From the human T2T-CHM13v2.0 reference genome, Homo sapiens: 64,000 nucleotides of DNA. A program made the position numbers and the translations under genes. This document shows positions 60,401 to 64,000 of the stretch, piece after piece. Under the pieces are notes generated by a model, which saw only the letters and a program-made list of their open reading frames with translations, ran no database searches and had not been told where the DNA came from. The stretch lies in assembly GCF_009914755.1 (NCBI RefSeq), contig NC_060929.1; one strand, 5' to 3'. Every line of letters begins with the position of its first letter. Position 1 is the stretch's first letter.

Positions 60401-61819
60401 ATGATGTTTCTCCCCTTATTAAATATTTTTATTTCATTCATTCATTTCATTTCATTCCATTCCATTTAGAATAGCATCTAACCTTCCTAGCTTATAATTT
60501 GCAGCTTTTTATAATCTAATCTTCCAACTTTATATAATATCATTCCCCACCACATGTATTATATATTCTAAGGCTGTAAAGCAACACTGTTCCCTAGTGA
60601 TAGGGACACTCACATGCTCCTGTGCATTTGGCTTATGTTATCTCTGCTGTCAGAGTATGCTTTCATTGTTTGGTGATAAAATCTTATTCGTCTTTCTAGA
60701 CAGCTTTAATGTCAACTCTTCTGTGAAAATACGTCCTAAACCCATCTCAAACATACAAACAAAAACACTCTTCAGAACTGATTATTTTGTCCTCACTTTC
60801 TGACGCAAATCCCCATGTACCTTATAAGGGAGCCCCGGTAACCTGTTTCCTCAATACACCCTACCTCCATACCTTCATGCATTTGATCATAATTATTTCT
60901 TTGCCCAAAGAGGGCACAGCTCATGCCCTGGAGACTTTATTGGTTCTTTTTTTTTTTTATTTACCATAAAAGCTGAGTTACTGAGTTAATACATCACTCT
61001 ACTGTGCTCCTACAGCACTTTGTTCATATGTCAATTATGGTGGACTACAGTCATATTCATTTTCCAAATTGTTGGTCACATGTGTTTTCTTCCTGGAAGC
61101 AGAGAACCCTCTTGTTTTTTTTTTTTTTTTTTTTTTTTTTTTAGCAACAGATTTAATATAATAATTGTCACATACAATATGTGGCAATTAATATATGATT
61201 GGTGAAAGAGTAAGTGCACAGATGCATGCATGAATGCATATGTCTCTATTCCACTAGTTATGATATAGTTTTCCACAAATGGGTTCAGAAAGTCACTTTA
61301 TTAGAATGGACCCAAAATTCATTTTTACTTATCATGATAGTAGGGGGAAAATGGGAAGAATTAATTAAAGCTAGACACAATTCCAAAAGCTGGTTTAACC
61401 AGTATTTTCTCTGGCTTCCACCAAAGTGTGACTAACAAATAGAATGATACTTTATTCTGTCTATTTAGGTTTTGTTCATTAACGTACGGTGGAGGTTTTA
61501 TTGAGCTGTGAAATTATTGAAAGCACTCATCACCAAACATTAGTGGACCTAAGAATCAACGGAGAAAATTGTTAATATTGTACATTTATGACCTTAAGTA
61601 TCTGGTTCATTAGGGCAGTGTTGGATCCCAGAGATACGCATTTTTTGAAGTCCCTTAAATAATTCTACTTCAAGAGATTCTGCTACCACCATTAAAAACA
61701 ATCCAGTTTCCATGTAGTTATTGGCCTGGAAACAGAGCAAACTATTGGGTACACAAGTAAAGCCTAAATAATCAGATGCTGAATTCCAGAATGTTGGATA
61801 GAAACCATCTTAGATATGC

Positions 61820-62070
61820 AGCTGAACAACTTGGGCTTGAACTGCATGAGTGCACTTATACATTGATCTTTGTCAACCAAACACAGATTAAAAATATAGT
61901 AATGGAGTAATGGTGGGATGTGAAACCCATGTATACAGATGGCTGACTTTTTGTATACACAGATTCCTCCGGGCCCACTGTGGGACGTTAGTATGCATAA
62001 ATTTGGGTATATATGGGGCAGAGAGTGGTCTGGGAACCAAGTCCCTGAGTGTACCGAAGGACAACTGTGT
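61820..62070. mobile_element. Tigger-derived MITE (MER2B-like)
   Basis: tgaacaacttgggcttgaactgcatgagtgcacttata...ggaaccaagtccctgagtgtaccgaaggacaactg. Confidence 0.7.
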
Positions 62071-64000
62071 ACATTTGACATGGTGAGAAAGCAAAGTGAA
62101 ACTCTTTATTTCAATATCTAGCAGCAAACCAAAGTGGCATAAATACCAGAAAACAATGGAAGTGGGAAGGAATTTGTCCATTGCCTTAGAAACCACTTAA
62201 ATATTGTTTAAGAAAAACAGTAAGTCAAAGGGAGAAACAAATGTAAATTAAGAACACAATGGTATCCTGAAAGATATTTCTCTGGGCTAAAATCTACCCC
62301 AGTACTCACAAATACTTGACTTTTAATATTTCCTCTCTCCTTTTTGTCTTCCTGCTGTTCTAAAAGGAGATATACCTAAGATGATAATCTGGCAACTGTG
62401 CCTTGAAATACCATGAATTTCAATTGTTTGTGAAATAGACGGATGAACTACAGAGTAGAGAGATTTTGATAGAGTCAGATGAATTTATTAATTTATTTCA
62501 GAAACATTGTTTAGCTAACTAAATAAATAACTGTATTTAGTACTTTGAAAATGCCTTGTTATTCATTTGTAATGGGGTGTGTCCACACTTTTTAAGAGAT
62601 AATCCCTCAAGTTCATGACCTTGATGGGCTCATTTGGCCAGAACAGAAAACTCACATGCATTTGCAAATACGAGCTGACCCATACAACCCTTCTACCTAA
62701 AACAGAGAAATGCATCATGTTTTTGCAATTTCAGGCACTAATAGGTAATAGCATTTTGTTATCTTTTTAAAGCTTTTTATAGTATTACTTTTGAACTATA
62801 CCACTTTGCATTAGGAGCATGTGCAGTATTTGGAAAAAGTAGCATGTTAAAGTATGGGCCTGACTCTCATGCTGTATTTGTGAAGTTGTTAGAACATTCT
62901 GGCTTTCTGAATCCACCAAGCAAGTCAGCCAAGATGGAAACATTAATTGGAATATGTGGGTGCATTCGCATTTTTATGGTATACCCTTAGAGATTACATG
63001 ATTGGCCAAGAAAGCATATTTAGGATTCATATGTTTTAATTATGAAATATAACTCTCCATGGATCTCATTTTTGGCTCAGTTTATTATTTTAGTTCTTTA
63101 AAACTCTAATAATTAGCATACATAGATGTTAAGTGTTTTAATCTGAGGCATTTATTATTGACTTTTAATGGTTCGTCATAAATTATATGCAAAAGGGGAC
63201 CAAGAAAACAAAAAAGGTTTATGGTTGTGTTATAAATTATCAATATAAATTGTGAGCTCCTAATTTTCAATGGAAAAAATGCTGTGTTTATTTTATTTTC
63301 ACCATTAATTATTTAACCAGTAAGGGACACAGACACTGTTGGGATTGTCATTCTCTTTCCTCCAAATTCTGAGGAAATATGATTCTAAAAATGAATGCTA
63401 GGGCATGGTTTTTATTTGTCTATTCTTTTAAGTTGTAGTTTGGGACGAAATTTATTTTCACCAACACCAGTGGAAAGCAAAGTGCCAGGAGGTCGAGAGA
63501 AGGAGAGAGACCGAATGCAGAACTTGTGATCTAACAGAAATAGTCACTTGAAAACTGTAGACAACTGTCAAAATTTGTGGACAGTTCTTAGAATTTGGTT
63601 TAAATATTACTATAATGCCAAATATATGAATATATTTTCAGCTGGAAAGTGTATGAATATTTTAAATCAGAGGCACTGTTAAAAGCCATATTCGTACAGA
63701 TCTTAGGTTAGTTTTTATGTCTGATACAGCATAAAAATAATGGTGTTTATTATTCCCTACCATGTATCATGAAAAGTCATCTTTATAATCGTGACAAGAA
63801 GCACAATCACATTTTACACAGGGCAGCCTGGAGTATGCATGGTCCCTATCTAGAAGTGTAATGTTCATTTTTTTCTTGTTTTAAATGAGAGATATTCTGA
63901 AGGAGGAGACTTATTTTTGTAATGTGTCTGTCAACTCGTTTCTGCACACAAATGCTCTTTCTCTTTCCCTTTATGTGTCTGCCCTACTAAATAAAAGGAT

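Noticed and set aside
62325-62480. Polypyrimidine tract plus AG suggesting a host exon (also ~33900 and the window end)
   Set aside because: No convincing open frame and donor pair and no recognisable protein; cannot be supported without transcript data.

Overview
Primate (human-like) AT-rich, gene-poor genomic DNA. I see no host protein-coding exon, RNA gene or CpG-island gene promoter. Bases ~5.75-27.2 kb are a nested transposon block. The host is an old full-length L1MA3/4-like LINE-1 (+). Its 5'UTR contains an 8.17-kb two-LTR class I provirus (-, 6848-15017) with a GTCTC TSD, a tRNA-Phe PBS, two CCHC knuckles and decayed gag-pro-pol-env, which places it in the HERV-H/F supergroup. Its ORF2 contains Alus and a near-full-length L1PA2-like element that inserted by twin priming (19983-26059, 13-bp TSD). 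That young L1 is split. On the - strand it keeps an intact ORF1 and an open 867-aa EN+RT ORF2 half. On the + strand, downstream of its antisense promoter, it keeps an intact ORF0 followed by the open 436-codon ORF2 C-terminal half. The ORF0 splice donor and an AG acceptor just past the inversion junction are in frame, predicting a 472-aa ORF0-ORF2C fusion (inference). The provirus also carries an intact 58-aa ORF with two hydrophobic segments between pol and env, below the ORF-track cut-off. The rest (27.2-64 kb) is ordinary intron/intergenic-like DNA: Alu, L2, MIR, MaLR LTRs, DNA transposon fossils, microsatellites and a few local palindromes. Subfamily names and old-repeat boundaries are by eye and need RepeatMasker/Dfam confirmation.
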